Below, one piece after another: positions 27,800 to 37,629 of a DNA stretch of 49,152 bases; position 1 is the stretch's first letter, and every line of letters starts with the position of its first letter. The notes below the pieces were generated by a model. The model was given only the letters and a program-made list of their open reading frames with translations. It was not told the origin of the DNA and searched no databases. This DNA is from Clostridiales bacterium (GTDB lineage: Bacteria > Bacillota > Clostridia > Saccharofermentanales > Saccharofermentanaceae): positions 1-49,152 of the forward strand of contig JAFWDK010000035.1 in the NCBI GenBank assembly GCA_017513085.1, written 5' to 3'. The translations under genes were made by a program, and so were the position numbers.

Positions 27800-27811
27800 T
27801 GTTATGTCTCC

Positions 27812-27841
27812 ATTCTACCCACCTGTGATTTTTCTTCACGG
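27812..27841 (-). promoter_or_regulatory. Candidate promoter of the ncRNA-DUF2828-rtcB operon with an imperfect palindrome at the spacer/-35
   Basis: -10 TAGAAT at 27817-27812, no good -35; CTGTGA-N7-TCACGG at 27823-27841. Confidence 0.4.
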
Positions 27842-27907
27842 AAAAAAAGTTGCGAACTGTGCTACAATGTATGCGAAGTTTTTGAAAAGCACGGAGATCT
27901 CAGGCTT

Positions 27908-28780
27908 ATGGCGGATTTACGAAAGATCGATCTACACATGCATTCCAAGGTTTCGGACGGCACCGACTCGCCGGAAGATCTGGTGGAGAAGGTTCGGGAA
28001 GCAGGTTTTTCCACATTTGCCGTGACCGATCACGACACACTCGAAAGTATCCCGATGATCCGGGCGGCAATAAAAGAAGGCGACCCGCGTTACATCTGCG
28101 GCGTGGAATTCTCCTGTAAAGACGAACAAGGCCGGTACCACATCCTCGGCTACGGCTTCGATCCCGATTCTTCGGCGATCCACGACATCGTTTCGGCCGG
28201 GCACGATTACCGCATCAAGAAGTTTCTCGCGCGTGTCGATATTCTAGAGCAAAAGCACTCGATCACTTTCCCTTCGGAGGAGATCGAGGGTCTGCTTGCT
28301 CTGGGCAACCCCGGCCGTCTGCACCTGGCCAATCTCATGATCGATCACGGCTACGTCAGCTCCCGCGGCGAAGCTTTTGACCGGTATCTGAATAATCTTC
28401 ATGTAGAAGGACTCTACTTTCCGCCGGAAGACGCGATCCGTCACATCCTTGCGGCCGGCGGCGTGCCGGTTATGGCACATCCGGTATACGGCAGCGGCGG
28501 AGAGGAAGTCTTCGGGCACGATCTGGAGCGTCGCGTGATCCGTCTGAAAGACGCAGGACTCTGTGGCCTGGAAGCGTTCTACTCGCGCTACACGCCGGAG
28601 CTTCGCGATATGGTTTTAGATCTGGCTGATAAATATGATCTGTTCGCCACCGCCGGCAGTGACTACCACGGCGCGCACAAAAAAGTCGCACTCGGCGACA
28701 TCGGCCCGTTGCCGGAAGAGGAAGCGGTGCTGACAAAATGGGAAAAATCGCTCGATGCGTTCCTTGAGAAGGTGCTCTGA
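27908..28780 (+). CDS. PHP-domain phosphoesterase (TrpH/YciV-like)
   Basis: DLHMHSKVSDG, VTDHD, GVEFS, HILGYG, AHP, GSDYHG. Extended -10 TGcTACAAT at 27860-27868. Confidence 0.92.
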   Translation: MADLRKIDLHMHSKVSDGTDSPEDLVEKVREAGFSTFAVTDHDTLESIPMIRAAIKEGDPRYICGVEFSCKDEQGRYHILGYGFDPDSSAIHDIVSAGHDYRIKKFLARVDILEQKHSITFPSEEIEGLLALGNPGRLHLANLMIDHGYVSSRGEAFDRYLNNLHVEGLYFPPEDAIRHILAAGGVPVMAHPVYGSGGEEVFGHDLERRVIRLKDAGLCGLEAFYSRYTPELRDMVLDLADKYDLFATAGSDYHGAHKKVALGDIGPLPEEEAVLTKWEKSLDAFLEKVL

Positions 28781-28798
28781 GCGACCGGTTGAGCGACT

Positions 28799-29815
28799 TT
28801 ATTCTGCCTCGCTCCGTTCCATCGCCTGCTGATCCAACGTCCCTTGGTCCAGCGCCTGCTGCTTCAACAGCCGCTCGCGCATGAGGTCCACAAAGTGTTC
28901 CGGCTCGCGCACGCGCACTAAAGGCCCGAATCCCAGGAGCCGGATGACCATCTCGGTCTCGTCATTTCTGTCATATAACAATGTTACCCGGTAGTTTTTC
29001 TCGTCTAACTTCTCCGCCCGACGCTCAAAATGCGCAAAATGCAGCATCACACGGTCCAGTGCTTTTCGCTCGTCAAGGAGATCAAAAACGACCTGATCCT
29101 GATGCGGGCGGGTCTGCTTCCGCTCCGTCATCCACGGCTCGACCTCGCAAAGCTCGCACGAATCGATGCGCGCCAGGTTGATGATGTCGCTTCGGTGCGA
29201 CGCACGGCCGAACAGCCGGAACTTGTCGTCCTTCTCGGAATACTCGAGGTGTGACGGCAGCGTCGTGATCTGCATCAAGTGCCCGTAGCGGTTTCTGACC
29301 TCCAGGCGGAGCGCTTTCTTCTCACGCAGCGCTTCCAGAACCGTCGCAAAATGCGCGCGATACGCGGGATCCTCATACGGATCGCCGTCTGCATAGCGGT
29401 CAAACACACAATAATCTTCCTTCGCAAAAAGCACTTTCTCGTCGGGATACGGGAGCGGCACGGTCGCTTCGTGTGTCTCCGCATCCGCATCGCCATCTTC
29501 GCCGGTCTCTGCCATTTCCGTTCCTTTCAGGAAAAGCAACATGCGCGGGTCCTGACTGATCGCGTTGATCCACTCTTTCTGAAGTTTGGTCAGCGGCATT
29601 GTCGGTGCGGCGTGAAGCGGCGTGGTGCCGTCTTTCCGCAGTAGCGGCCAGCGGCTTTCAGAGAGCGCCGGAAGGATCGCGAGCGCGCTCTCATCAAATG
29701 CATTTTCCGCGATGATCCTCCGCATCTCTTCGGTCGTGACAGGATGCGAAACGGCCTCGCGCAGGATCCTTGCCACCGCGTTATAGTAGGCGCTGTAAAG
29801 CTCACTGAAGATCAT
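28799..29815 (-). CDS. WYL-domain protein
   Basis: P.HLEYSEKDDKFRL...INLARI WYL-like core and a WCX-like tail (LLGFGPLVRVREP); coupled to the upstream WYL gene. Confidence 0.8.
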   Translation of the reverse strand: MIFSELYSAYYNAVARILREAVSHPVTTEEMRRIIAENAFDESALAILPALSESRWPLLRKDGTTPLHAAPTMPLTKLQKEWINAISQDPRMLLFLKGTEMAETGEDGDADAETHEATVPLPYPDEKVLFAKEDYCVFDRYADGDPYEDPAYRAHFATVLEALREKKALRLEVRNRYGHLMQITTLPSHLEYSEKDDKFRLFGRASHRSDIINLARIDSCELCEVEPWMTERKQTRPHQDQVVFDLLDERKALDRVMLHFAHFERRAEKLDEKNYRVTLLYDRNDETEMVIRLLGFGPLVRVREPEHFVDLMRERLLKQQALDQGTLDQQAMERSEAE

Positions 29816-31152
29816 GAAGGCTCACCGCCTTTCTCATTTCGCATCGAGTTTTCATCGAGCGTTGCCGGATCGGTCAGCTGAGTCGAACTTTCATCGAGCG
29901 TAGACGGATCGGTCAGTCCATACAAACTATACATTTTCTCGATATCTTTTTCGAATCTCTCCTGCAGTTTCGCATTGGAAAACTGAACGTCTTTCAGACG
30001 CCCGATAAACGTCCGGATCCACGGTACAAGCTCGCTGCTGTCGAAGACGTCGGCTGAGAAACGGCTTGTATTCTTATCGATCCGTTCCACTGTGCCGACA
30101 CGCTTCTCGCGCTCGAGGCGCTGATGGATGAAATCCTCATTATTCTCATACCGCACGGTAAATTCCACATGCTCCATCCGGCTGCCCGACCAACTCTGCG
30201 TGCTGACGCCCCAGATGTTCGGCTCCATGGCCGCAAGTTTTTTTCTGTGCGCCTCGAACTCCGGGCATGGTCCTCCGCTCTTGACCGACACGATGTGGTC
30301 CAGACGCATCGACGTGATCCGCCGCGCGTCGTAGCCGTAGGCCATCAGATACTGCCGGCCGCTCTGCACGCTGATGCGCACCTGAAGCGGCACGAAGATC
30401 CCGCTCGACGAACGCTTCTCTTTCGGCAGGTATGTCTCGAGCGTCACGAAGCTTTTTTCCCGCATTGCGTCAAAAAGCGCGCACATGATCTCGCTGTCCA
30501 TCGCTGCCGTGATGTAGTGATGTTTGAATGTGAAAAGGCTTGCTTCTTTTTCTTGCTTGTCCGCGCAAAAAGCACCGATCACGCCGAGTGGAGCGATTTC
30601 CGAGAAGTAGTGCAGCACCTGTGCGTCGATGCTCCCGAAGCCTTCCGCGCGGCGGTAATACACGGTCTTCCCTTCCTTTTCGGAAAGCACGATACCCTCT
30701 TCCTGATACTCTTTCAATTTCTTCCGAATCGTGGATTCGTCGAATGTCCTTGCTCCGGGATACATGCCCAGGTACTTGTCGACTTGTTGCACGATCTCGC
30801 CAAGCGACCACGCGCGTGGCATTTCTCCCGTCTTCTCCGGTGCGAGGATGTCCATCAAAAGAAAATGCAGCGTGATGTCGCCATCGGTGAAACTCTTGGC
30901 CTTCCAGGCCTTATAAAACGGATTATGCTTTCCGCTTCGGCTGTCGATAGTGATCGCAACAGATTTGCCGTCAGACGTATTCTGAAAATGCATATAGTCC
31001 GAAAGCCAACTCTCGATCCGGCGGCGCTCATCGTCATAGGTACGAGTGCTTTTGGCGTCGAAATCTTCACGGCTTTTGAAACCGTAGACATAAAAATCGC
31101 GCATATACTCGCGGATCTTATTGAAGTTTTTCACAAGTTCGCTATACGGCAT
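29812..31152 (-). CDS. WYL-domain transcriptional regulator (wHTH + WYL + WCX)
   Basis: STIRKKLKEY..EGIV wHTH-like; VPLQVRISVQSGRQYLMAY...MRLDHI; ELVPWIRTF. Confidence 0.85.
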   Translation of the reverse strand: MPYSELVKNFNKIREYMRDFYVYGFKSREDFDAKSTRTYDDERRRIESWLSDYMHFQNTSDGKSVAITIDSRSGKHNPFYKAWKAKSFTDGDITLHFLLMDILAPEKTGEMPRAWSLGEIVQQVDKYLGMYPGARTFDESTIRKKLKEYQEEGIVLSEKEGKTVYYRRAEGFGSIDAQVLHYFSEIAPLGVIGAFCADKQEKEASLFTFKHHYITAAMDSEIMCALFDAMREKSFVTLETYLPKEKRSSSGIFVPLQVRISVQSGRQYLMAYGYDARRITSMRLDHIVSVKSGGPCPEFEAHRKKLAAMEPNIWGVSTQSWSGSRMEHVEFTVRYENNEDFIHQRLEREKRVGTVERIDKNTSRFSADVFDSSELVPWIRTFIGRLKDVQFSNAKLQERFEKDIEKMYSLYGLTDPSTLDESSTQLTDPATLDENSMRNEKGGEPS

Positions 31153-31235
31153 CTTCTGTCCTCGCCAAACACTTCCTTCGGAGATCCTCTATTTTGCGGC
31201 CACCGCTTTGGCTTCGCGCTTCGGCCGTTGGCTTG

Positions 31236-32384
31236 TCAGTTCAGTTCATCGAGCAACCCGAAACGGTAACCTTCGTTTTCAAGAAGCGTCAGCACCGCGT
31301 CCAGTTCCTGCACATTGGACGATGAGTCGTTGTGCATCAGCGCGATTGCTCCGTTGTGATGATAGGTCGCAAAATGATCCGTCACATAGCCCGGCGCCGG
31401 CTGGTTGTCCGGTTCGTAATCGTTGTACGCAATGCTCCAGAAAACGGTCTTGTAGCCGGCATCCGTAAGGATCGTCATCAGTTTCTTCGTATATGTTCCC
31501 TTCGGAGTGCGGAAATACGGATCAAACGCATATCCCGTCACTTCATAGAAGTATTCTGCCACATCAAATATCTCGTTCGCAATCTCTTCGACGCTTTTTG
31601 TCGTCAGATCGGTATGCGTCACCGTGTGGTTACAGACCATATGGCCCTCTTCCTTCATGCGCTTGGCATAGCCGCTGCACTCTTTCAGATACATTTTCGT
31701 GACAAAAAAACTTGCCTTCGCGTTGTGCTTCGCGAGTGTGTTCAGGATCGATTCGGTGTTGGCGGACGGGTACCCGCAGTCAAACGTCAGGTAGATCACC
31801 TTATCGCCTTCCGGCACATTGTAGTTGATGTACGCGCCGTTATACTCGCGGATATTGAAGAACTCGTACGTGCCCGAAGGGGTATGGTCCTTTTTCCTCT
31901 GGAAACACCAGCTCTCCTTCATGGTGTTATCGAGTGAATCATAGTAGCCGGCGTTGGCGATAATACTGTCGCGCAACGCATGGATCCTCGTCAGATAATC
32001 CCCCTCGCCACCATCGGACGGGATCGGCGCTTTCGTCGGCGCCGGCGGAGTTGGTTCGGGTGTTGGCTCCGGTGTGGGTGTAGGTTCCGGTGTCGGAGTA
32101 GATGTTGGCTCCGGTGTGGGCGTCGGCTCGGGAGTCGGCTCGGGAGTCGGCGTCAGAGTGGGTTCCGGTGTCGGAGTCGGCGTAGGGTCAGCGGTAGATT
32201 CCGACGTCGTATCCGTCGTCACATCCTCAGACGACACACTCGACGGAACACTGGTCGGTTCAGCCAAAGAATCGGACGCAAGTGATTTTGACGTAGAAAT
32301 CGACTTTCTATCACTGCAACCTGAAAGCGTGAACGACAGAATAACAGAAACCAGCAGAAAACCGGCAACAATTCGCTTATTCAT
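31236..32384 (-). CDS. Polysaccharide deacetylase (CE4, PdaA-like) lipoprotein
   Basis: Lipobox LSGC, PT linker, YLTFDCGY, NHTVTH, FRTPKG, FWSIAY.D, ALMH. Confidence 0.92.
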   Translation of the reverse strand: MNKRIVAGFLLVSVILSFTLSGCSDRKSISTSKSLASDSLAEPTSVPSSVSSEDVTTDTTSESTADPTPTPTPEPTLTPTPEPTPEPTPTPEPTSTPTPEPTPTPEPTPEPTPPAPTKAPIPSDGGEGDYLTRIHALRDSIIANAGYYDSLDNTMKESWCFQRKKDHTPSGTYEFFNIREYNGAYINYNVPEGDKVIYLTFDCGYPSANTESILNTLAKHNAKASFFVTKMYLKECSGYAKRMKEEGHMVCNHTVTHTDLTTKSVEEIANEIFDVAEYFYEVTGYAFDPYFRTPKGTYTKKLMTILTDAGYKTVFWSIAYNDYEPDNQPAPGYVTDHFATYHHNGAIALMHNDSSSNVQELDAVLTLLENEGYRFGLLDELN

Positions 32385-32493
32385 AGGACTTCCTCCACAA
32401 CACATCTAAGTCTAGTATACTTCATCCGCGCGAAGATTCGCTAAGAAAAGCGTCACATTTCAGTTCGGCGCGGCGGGCGCCTCGTTCGGCCTG

Positions 32494-33405
32494 TCAGAAC
32501 AGCGTGGTGCCGACGATGTTCATGCCGAGCACCAGCATGATTGCGGAGAATGTGCCGGCGACGGCGAGCCTCTGGCCGGCTTTTCCCCTGTTGCCTTGGG
32601 GGTCGAGCAGGAAGAAACCGAGAACGATGAGGATCGGCGCGATGCATCCGATTACCAGATATGCGCCAAAAGCGGCGACGGCGCTGCTTGTCGTGAAACC
32701 TGCCGTTGCGCTCGAGGCCGTCGCCTCCGCCACCGGTTTCAGGCTGCGTGTCAGGGAGCCGACGACGACTGAAAATCCGTTGTTCAGAAAATGCATCATC
32801 ATCGGAAGCAAGAGGTTGTTCTTTTTGGTCATGACCAGAGAAAGGAAAAAGCCCCCACATGCCGTGGTCAGGAAGCGCATGACGGACATATGCATGATAC
32901 CAAAAAATGCACCCACGATCAGCGCGATCATCCAGTCTTTTTTGAGAGAACGGAAGTGCGACAGCACCATACCACGCTCCATGGTTTCTTCACAGATCGC
33001 CGGCATGACAGCAGCGGCGAGAAGTAGGTACCAGAGGCTGTTTTCGCTGTACAGGTAATCTGTAAGCCCTGTCAGCTCGCTTTGGAATGAACGGGGCATG
33101 ATGATCAAGGAGATCGTCATGGCAAGAAGGCTGAAAAGGATCGTGCCGCCGGCGACCAGGATGACGCCGAAAAAATCGCGCAGCGTGATCTTCTTGATAG
33201 GAAACATTTCTTTGAGTTTGACACGACGGGCAAGGCAATACAAGATCGAAACCACCGCGAACATTGCTTCCGAAGTAAAAAGCCCGAGCTGGCCCCAGTT
33301 TCGCTGCATGTAGGCGCCCGCTGTCACGAATAGCGCGAGGCAGCCTGCCTGAACGAGCACACCCATCCATGGGCGCAGTTTTTTCTGATTTGAGATCTGT
33401 TCCAT
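32494..33405 (-). CDS. CPBP (CAAX/Abi) family intramembrane protease
   Basis: EETMERG, FFGIMH, HFLNN; multi-TM. Start moved to MEQISNQKK. Confidence 0.9.
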   Translation of the reverse strand: MEQISNQKKLRPWMGVLVQAGCLALFVTAGAYMQRNWGQLGLFTSEAMFAVVSILYCLARRVKLKEMFPIKKITLRDFFGVILVAGGTILFSLLAMTISLIIMPRSFQSELTGLTDYLYSENSLWYLLLAAAVMPAICEETMERGMVLSHFRSLKKDWMIALIVGAFFGIMHMSVMRFLTTACGGFFLSLVMTKKNNLLLPMMMHFLNNGFSVVVGSLTRSLKPVAEATASSATAGFTTSSAVAAFGAYLVIGCIAPILIVLGFFLLDPQGNRGKAGQRLAVAGTFSAIMLVLGMNIVGTTLF

Positions 33406-33437
33406 TTTAACCCTCTTCTTTCTTATGCCATCAACAT

Positions 33438-33548
33438 TTATGCCAGGATCGGCATGGCAAAGATCGTGTACCGGAAGATCTTTCTGTGATACGAGATCTT
33501 CGAATCGAGATCCCAAACCGTATACATTTTGTGCACTACCTTAGTCAT
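33438..33548 (-). pseudogene. Probable truncated remnant of a DUF2812-type gene
   Basis: 36-aa ORF MTKVVHKMYTVWDLD... coupled (ATGA) to the padR stop with RBS GGAG. Resembles, from memory, the N-termini of DUF2812 proteins that follow padR. Confidence 0.4.
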
Positions 33549-33859
33549 TTCTCTCCACCCATTATCTTTCTGCCGTTTTCCACCAGTTCGGAAAGCCGTG
33601 CCAGTTCCTCTTTCAGCACATCCCGGCCAGTCTCCGTGATGACATATTCCTTCTTTCTGCACTGCGGATTCTCCGGAAGCGCATCGATCCACTTTTTGTC
33701 CAGAAGAGTATTGATCGCGCCGTAAAGAGTGCCCGCCGCTAGTTTCACACGCCCGTGCGAAAGCGTCTCCACATTCTGTATGATGCCGTAACCGTGAAGC
33801 GGTTCCTGAAGCGAAAGCAAGATGTAGAACACTGCTTCCGTCAATGCAAGCTGACCCAT
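33545..33859 (-). CDS. PadR-family transcriptional regulator
   Basis: ILLSL.EPLHGYGI, GTLYGAI..L, RKKEYVITETG; start MGQLALTE after AAAGGAG. Confidence 0.93.
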   Translation of the reverse strand: MGQLALTEAVFYILLSLQEPLHGYGIIQNVETLSHGRVKLAAGTLYGAINTLLDKKWIDALPENPQCRKKEYVITETGRDVLKEELARLSELVENGRKIMGGEK

Positions 33860-33892
33860 ACACTCATCTCCTTTCACATTATCGGGCTCCGT

Positions 33893-33949
33893 TATATCGG
33901 CTCCCGATATATCCGAAGTCATTATATCGGCCGCCGATATAGTTGTCAA
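33893..33949 (-). promoter_or_regulatory. sigmaA promoter with two TATATCGG-N3-CCGATATA operators (likely PadR autoregulation)
   Basis: TTGACA (33949-33944)-N17-TATAAT (33926-33921); perfect palindromes at 33893-33911 and 33923-33941. Confidence 0.85.
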
Positions 33950-34204
33950 TACTTTCGGAAACGAATTCAGATAAAGAATAATTCCGCACAGGTCAAAAGC
34001 CCGAAATTCCAAGGTAAAAGGAAACTGCCCCATCGTGACGAGATGTCACTTCGAGGCAGTTCCTTCAAAAATATAACCAATTCATTTGAAAAAGAGCCCC
34101 CGTCCGCATTGAAATCACGCGGGCAAAGTGTTTACATAAAAATATAAGATCTTCATATAAAGGAGGAACTGTCCACCGTCCCGGCGGGGGCAGCAAATAA
34201 CGAT

Positions 34205-35101
34205 ATGAATCGTCTCAATACAAAGAAAACCGCAGTGAAACTTCTGATCATGCTGATCATCATGGGCGTACTCGTCGCAATAGGCCGGGCCAAAGGAATC
34301 TTCTCATCCGTTGAAGGAGTCGTAAGTGATTTTCACATCAACTTTTCGTCGATCCTGAAAGTCGTGATCATGGCATCGCTGGTACTAGCCATAGAGAACC
34401 TGATCCTTTTTATCTTAAGTCTTTGCACGCCGAAGAAAGGACGTTCGCAGACACTGATGAGCGTGGCCAGCAACGCGATACGCTACATCACCGCCATCGT
34501 CGTTCTTTGCTGGGGTCTGACGATCCTGGGCGCAAACGTTGGCACCATCGTTGCCGGCGTCGGGATCCTGGCCTTGATCGTTGGTTTCGGCGCCAATACA
34601 CTGATCGCCGACTTGGTCACGGGTATCTTCATGATCTTTGAGAACCAGTACAATGTCGGCGACTTCATCGAGGTTGCCGGGTTCCGTGGCCGCGTCACCA
34701 GCATCGGCGTACGCACCACCTGCATCACGGATATGGGCGGCAACGTCAAGATCATCAACAACTCGGACATGTCCAATATTCTCAACCGATCTTCGCACAC
34801 ATCGAAAGCCGTCAGCACGATCGGCATCCCGTACGATGCGGATCTGGAAGCACTCGAAAGCAAGATCCCGGCGCTTTTGAAAGAGATCTTCGACAAGCAC
34901 GGCACCGTGCTGAAAAGCGAACCTCAATACCTCGGCGTGGACGAGCTTTCGGACTCCTCCGTGGTACTGAAATTTATCGTTGAAGTCGATGACGCGAATA
35001 TTTACGAAGCCACCAGGATCTTAAACCGCGAACTCCTTCTCAACTTCAAGAAGTACGGCGTAGAAGTGCCTTTTCCGCAGATCGACGTACATCAGAAATA
35101 A
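34205..35101 (+). CDS. mscS: Small-conductance mechanosensitive channel (MscS family)
   Basis: AGVGILALIVGFGA, DLVTGIFMIFENQYNVGD, VEVPFPQ. Confidence 0.92.
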   Translation: MNRLNTKKTAVKLLIMLIIMGVLVAIGRAKGIFSSVEGVVSDFHINFSSILKVVIMASLVLAIENLILFILSLCTPKKGRSQTLMSVASNAIRYITAIVVLCWGLTILGANVGTIVAGVGILALIVGFGANTLIADLVTGIFMIFENQYNVGDFIEVAGFRGRVTSIGVRTTCITDMGGNVKIINNSDMSNILNRSSHTSKAVSTIGIPYDADLEALESKIPALLKEIFDKHGTVLKSEPQYLGVDELSDSSVVLKFIVEVDDANIYEATRILNRELLLNFKKYGVEVPFPQIDVHQK

Positions 35102-35110
35102 GGAAGACCA

Positions 35111-36346
35111 ATGGCAAGCGTTTCTCGAAAAAACGATCGGAACCGGACCGGGACCGGCGCCGGAAACGAAATAGAGTTCTCGGAACCTACCTCGCGCGGC
35201 GTCGAGGAGTTTACGCGCCCTGCTGAGGAGTATCCAACCCCTTCGTGGGACAAGCGTCCTTTGCCTCCGGAGATCGTCGCGCCCGGAAAATACCAGTGGG
35301 AGAAGCCGGGGCAGAAACGCACCAAGACCGTGAAGACGATGGCGTGGCTCTCCGCAATCGTCTTGATACTGATCAACATGAATATCCTTACGGGCGACAT
35401 GGCCAAAACCTTTGCCGACATTTTAAACATAGAAACGACCGCCACTTCGGATGCGAGCGGACTTTCGGCCGAAGCCGAAACCGAGGACGAGACCGAAGAG
35501 TCGGCGGTCCCTTCACGCTCCGGGAATTCCACATCTGATGCGGGCGCGACCCCGGACGGAACTTCTCCCGATAGCACCTCCGGCGCGTCGCCCGTTGCCG
35601 ATACCACGCAGGCGAGCGCATGGGAAATACCGGAATGCGACATGACCGTCTTTGCCAGCTACTCCGAAATGATGGGCAGCCTGAAATTCCGGAATCTTGG
35701 AAACTGCTCCAAAATCACTCTCGAAGTGTGGGACGTGCTGACCGGGACTTGTGAGGAAAGCCGCGACATCACAAACGACATCGACGCAGACGGAAACTAT
35801 TCGATCCAACCCTTTACGACCGACGAGATCTACAATCATCACCAGACGGAATACGACAACATCATGGAATTCCCGATGAAAGTGGAATTCCGCGTTATTG
35901 TGGAATACGAAACCGCAGACGGAAACACCAGCAAGACATGGTCGCATATCACGGCGATGGACCGGAACATGTGGTTTTGCAAATTCATCCACGAAGAAGA
36001 TAAGAGCTTCTTCTCCGCACCGATCGACATCCTCTTCTCCACGGACAGCCAGGACGGCGAAGCAAAAGTGCTTTTTGATCAGCCGGAAAAAGCCGGACCG
36101 AATGTATTCAGCATCAGCCTTCTGGTGGACGGAAAACCTGTGGATATCTCGGGAAGCAAGATCTTCACTTCGACCTACGATGTAAGTGGAAACGGAACCG
36201 AAGTCCACTACTATTCCGACGTGTACCTACTCCTTCCGGATGGATTTGATCCGGCCGCGGCGCACGACGTCAAGCTTTACGTATACCATTACCTTGAGGA
36301 TTATCAGGCAGTCTGTGAAACCGTGGTCGTCATAAACTACCAATAA
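35111..36346 (+). CDS. Hypothetical single-TM protein with extracellular domain
   Basis: 411-aa ORF, one TM, S/T-rich linker. Confidence 0.7.
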   Translation: MASVSRKNDRNRTGTGAGNEIEFSEPTSRGVEEFTRPAEEYPTPSWDKRPLPPEIVAPGKYQWEKPGQKRTKTVKTMAWLSAIVLILINMNILTGDMAKTFADILNIETTATSDASGLSAEAETEDETEESAVPSRSGNSTSDAGATPDGTSPDSTSGASPVADTTQASAWEIPECDMTVFASYSEMMGSLKFRNLGNCSKITLEVWDVLTGTCEESRDITNDIDADGNYSIQPFTTDEIYNHHQTEYDNIMEFPMKVEFRVIVEYETADGNTSKTWSHITAMDRNMWFCKFIHEEDKSFFSAPIDILFSTDSQDGEAKVLFDQPEKAGPNVFSISLLVDGKPVDISGSKIFTSTYDVSGNGTEVHYYSDVYLLLPDGFDPAAAHDVKLYVYHYLEDYQAVCETVVVINYQ

Positions 36347-36435
36347 CACATGGAGAAACGACACTATTTCCGCTTCGGGATCTTAGCGAGAAGCGTGCTT
36401 GGCGGCCTAACGGATCGGCCGCCGTACCCGTTTCT

Positions 36436-37419
36436 TTATTTCAGTTTTACCCACTCGACCGGCGGTGCGCGGAAGATATCACCCTTGCACTTCTCGATCT
36501 TCTCTTTTGCCTCAGGGAACGGAACATATGGCAGTTTCGTGCCTTCCATCAGTTCAAAGATGTCCCCTTGGGTGTATCGCTGCTCATCCACGTTATCGCT
36601 GTTGAAAGTATAAGTATAGAACGGTTCATCTCCCAGCACCTCGACCCGGATAAGGACCAGATCCGGAGTACCGTTTTCTCCGTAATAACTGTCAAAGGCT
36701 TGGAATCGAGGATCCATCTGTTCGTATTGAGCGGCATACTCGGTAAGCTCGAGAGTATTGTGAAGTTCTGATTGTTCATCTAAATATCCGAACACCGAAA
36801 TATGCATCGCCGCGCCGCCGGCTCCGCCGCATACATAAGCGCCGGCAGAGTTGATCTCCGTGCTGCTTCTTTCCCAGGACTCATAGAAACCCTTGATCTG
36901 CAGTTTGTCATCCGCATACCGGACGACGATCTGCGCGTCACTATATCCAAATCCTCCCACACGCAAAAGCAGTTCCGGCACACCATCCGATCCGAAGTCC
37001 GGATAGCAAAAGCTAACTGTTATGTCCGATCTATCGTGCATTCTTGCATGCGTATTCATAAAAGCCGTCAACTCGGAAAGCTTCACTTCTTCTTTGAGAT
37101 CCTTGCTGAAATCCACGAGTGCAAAATCATCGCTGTGTTCGATCAGAAAGGAAGTCTCCGCACCGGTCGAGCCTTTTAGAAATGCTTCAAAAGCACTCTT
37201 CGCTGCGGATGCGGGGTCGGTGTTTTTCTTCGTCGTCTCTTGCGCCGATCCTTCGGAAGAGAAGGAAGAAGGATCCTCAGATCCAGACTTCACTGTATCG
37301 GATGTTTCACTCGTCTCCAGAGCCTTGGTTTCACTTTGCTTTTTTTCTGTTTTGGAAGTACAACCACCCAGCAAAAAGATCCCCAAAATGCCGGCAAGTA
37401 CTCGTACATTCTTTTTCAT
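36436..37419 (-). CDS. Hypothetical lipoprotein
   Basis: Lipobox LGGC, S/T-rich linker, DFGSDGVPELL motif. Confidence 0.75.
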   Translation of the reverse strand: MKKNVRVLAGILGIFLLGGCTSKTEKKQSETKALETSETSDTVKSGSEDPSSFSSEGSAQETTKKNTDPASAAKSAFEAFLKGSTGAETSFLIEHSDDFALVDFSKDLKEEVKLSELTAFMNTHARMHDRSDITVSFCYPDFGSDGVPELLLRVGGFGYSDAQIVVRYADDKLQIKGFYESWERSSTEINSAGAYVCGGAGGAAMHISVFGYLDEQSELHNTLELTEYAAQYEQMDPRFQAFDSYYGENGTPDLVLIRVEVLGDEPFYTYTFNSDNVDEQRYTQGDIFELMEGTKLPYVPFPEAKEKIEKCKGDIFRAPPVEWVKLK

Positions 37420-37629
37420 AACACACCTTCTTTTTCCTGTACTACCCTGCTTGTTTCGCAGTCCTTACAGGTGCCGTTTTTCTGCTGCCACAGTATAGCA
37501 CAAGCGTTTTCCCTTAATACTTACAATACTGTAATAATTGCACTCTCACTTTCTTCCGATATATGTTAGAATAATTCATCGGATAAACACACGCGCGTGC
37601 CGGCCGCGCCGCGCATCGGGAGGGCAATT

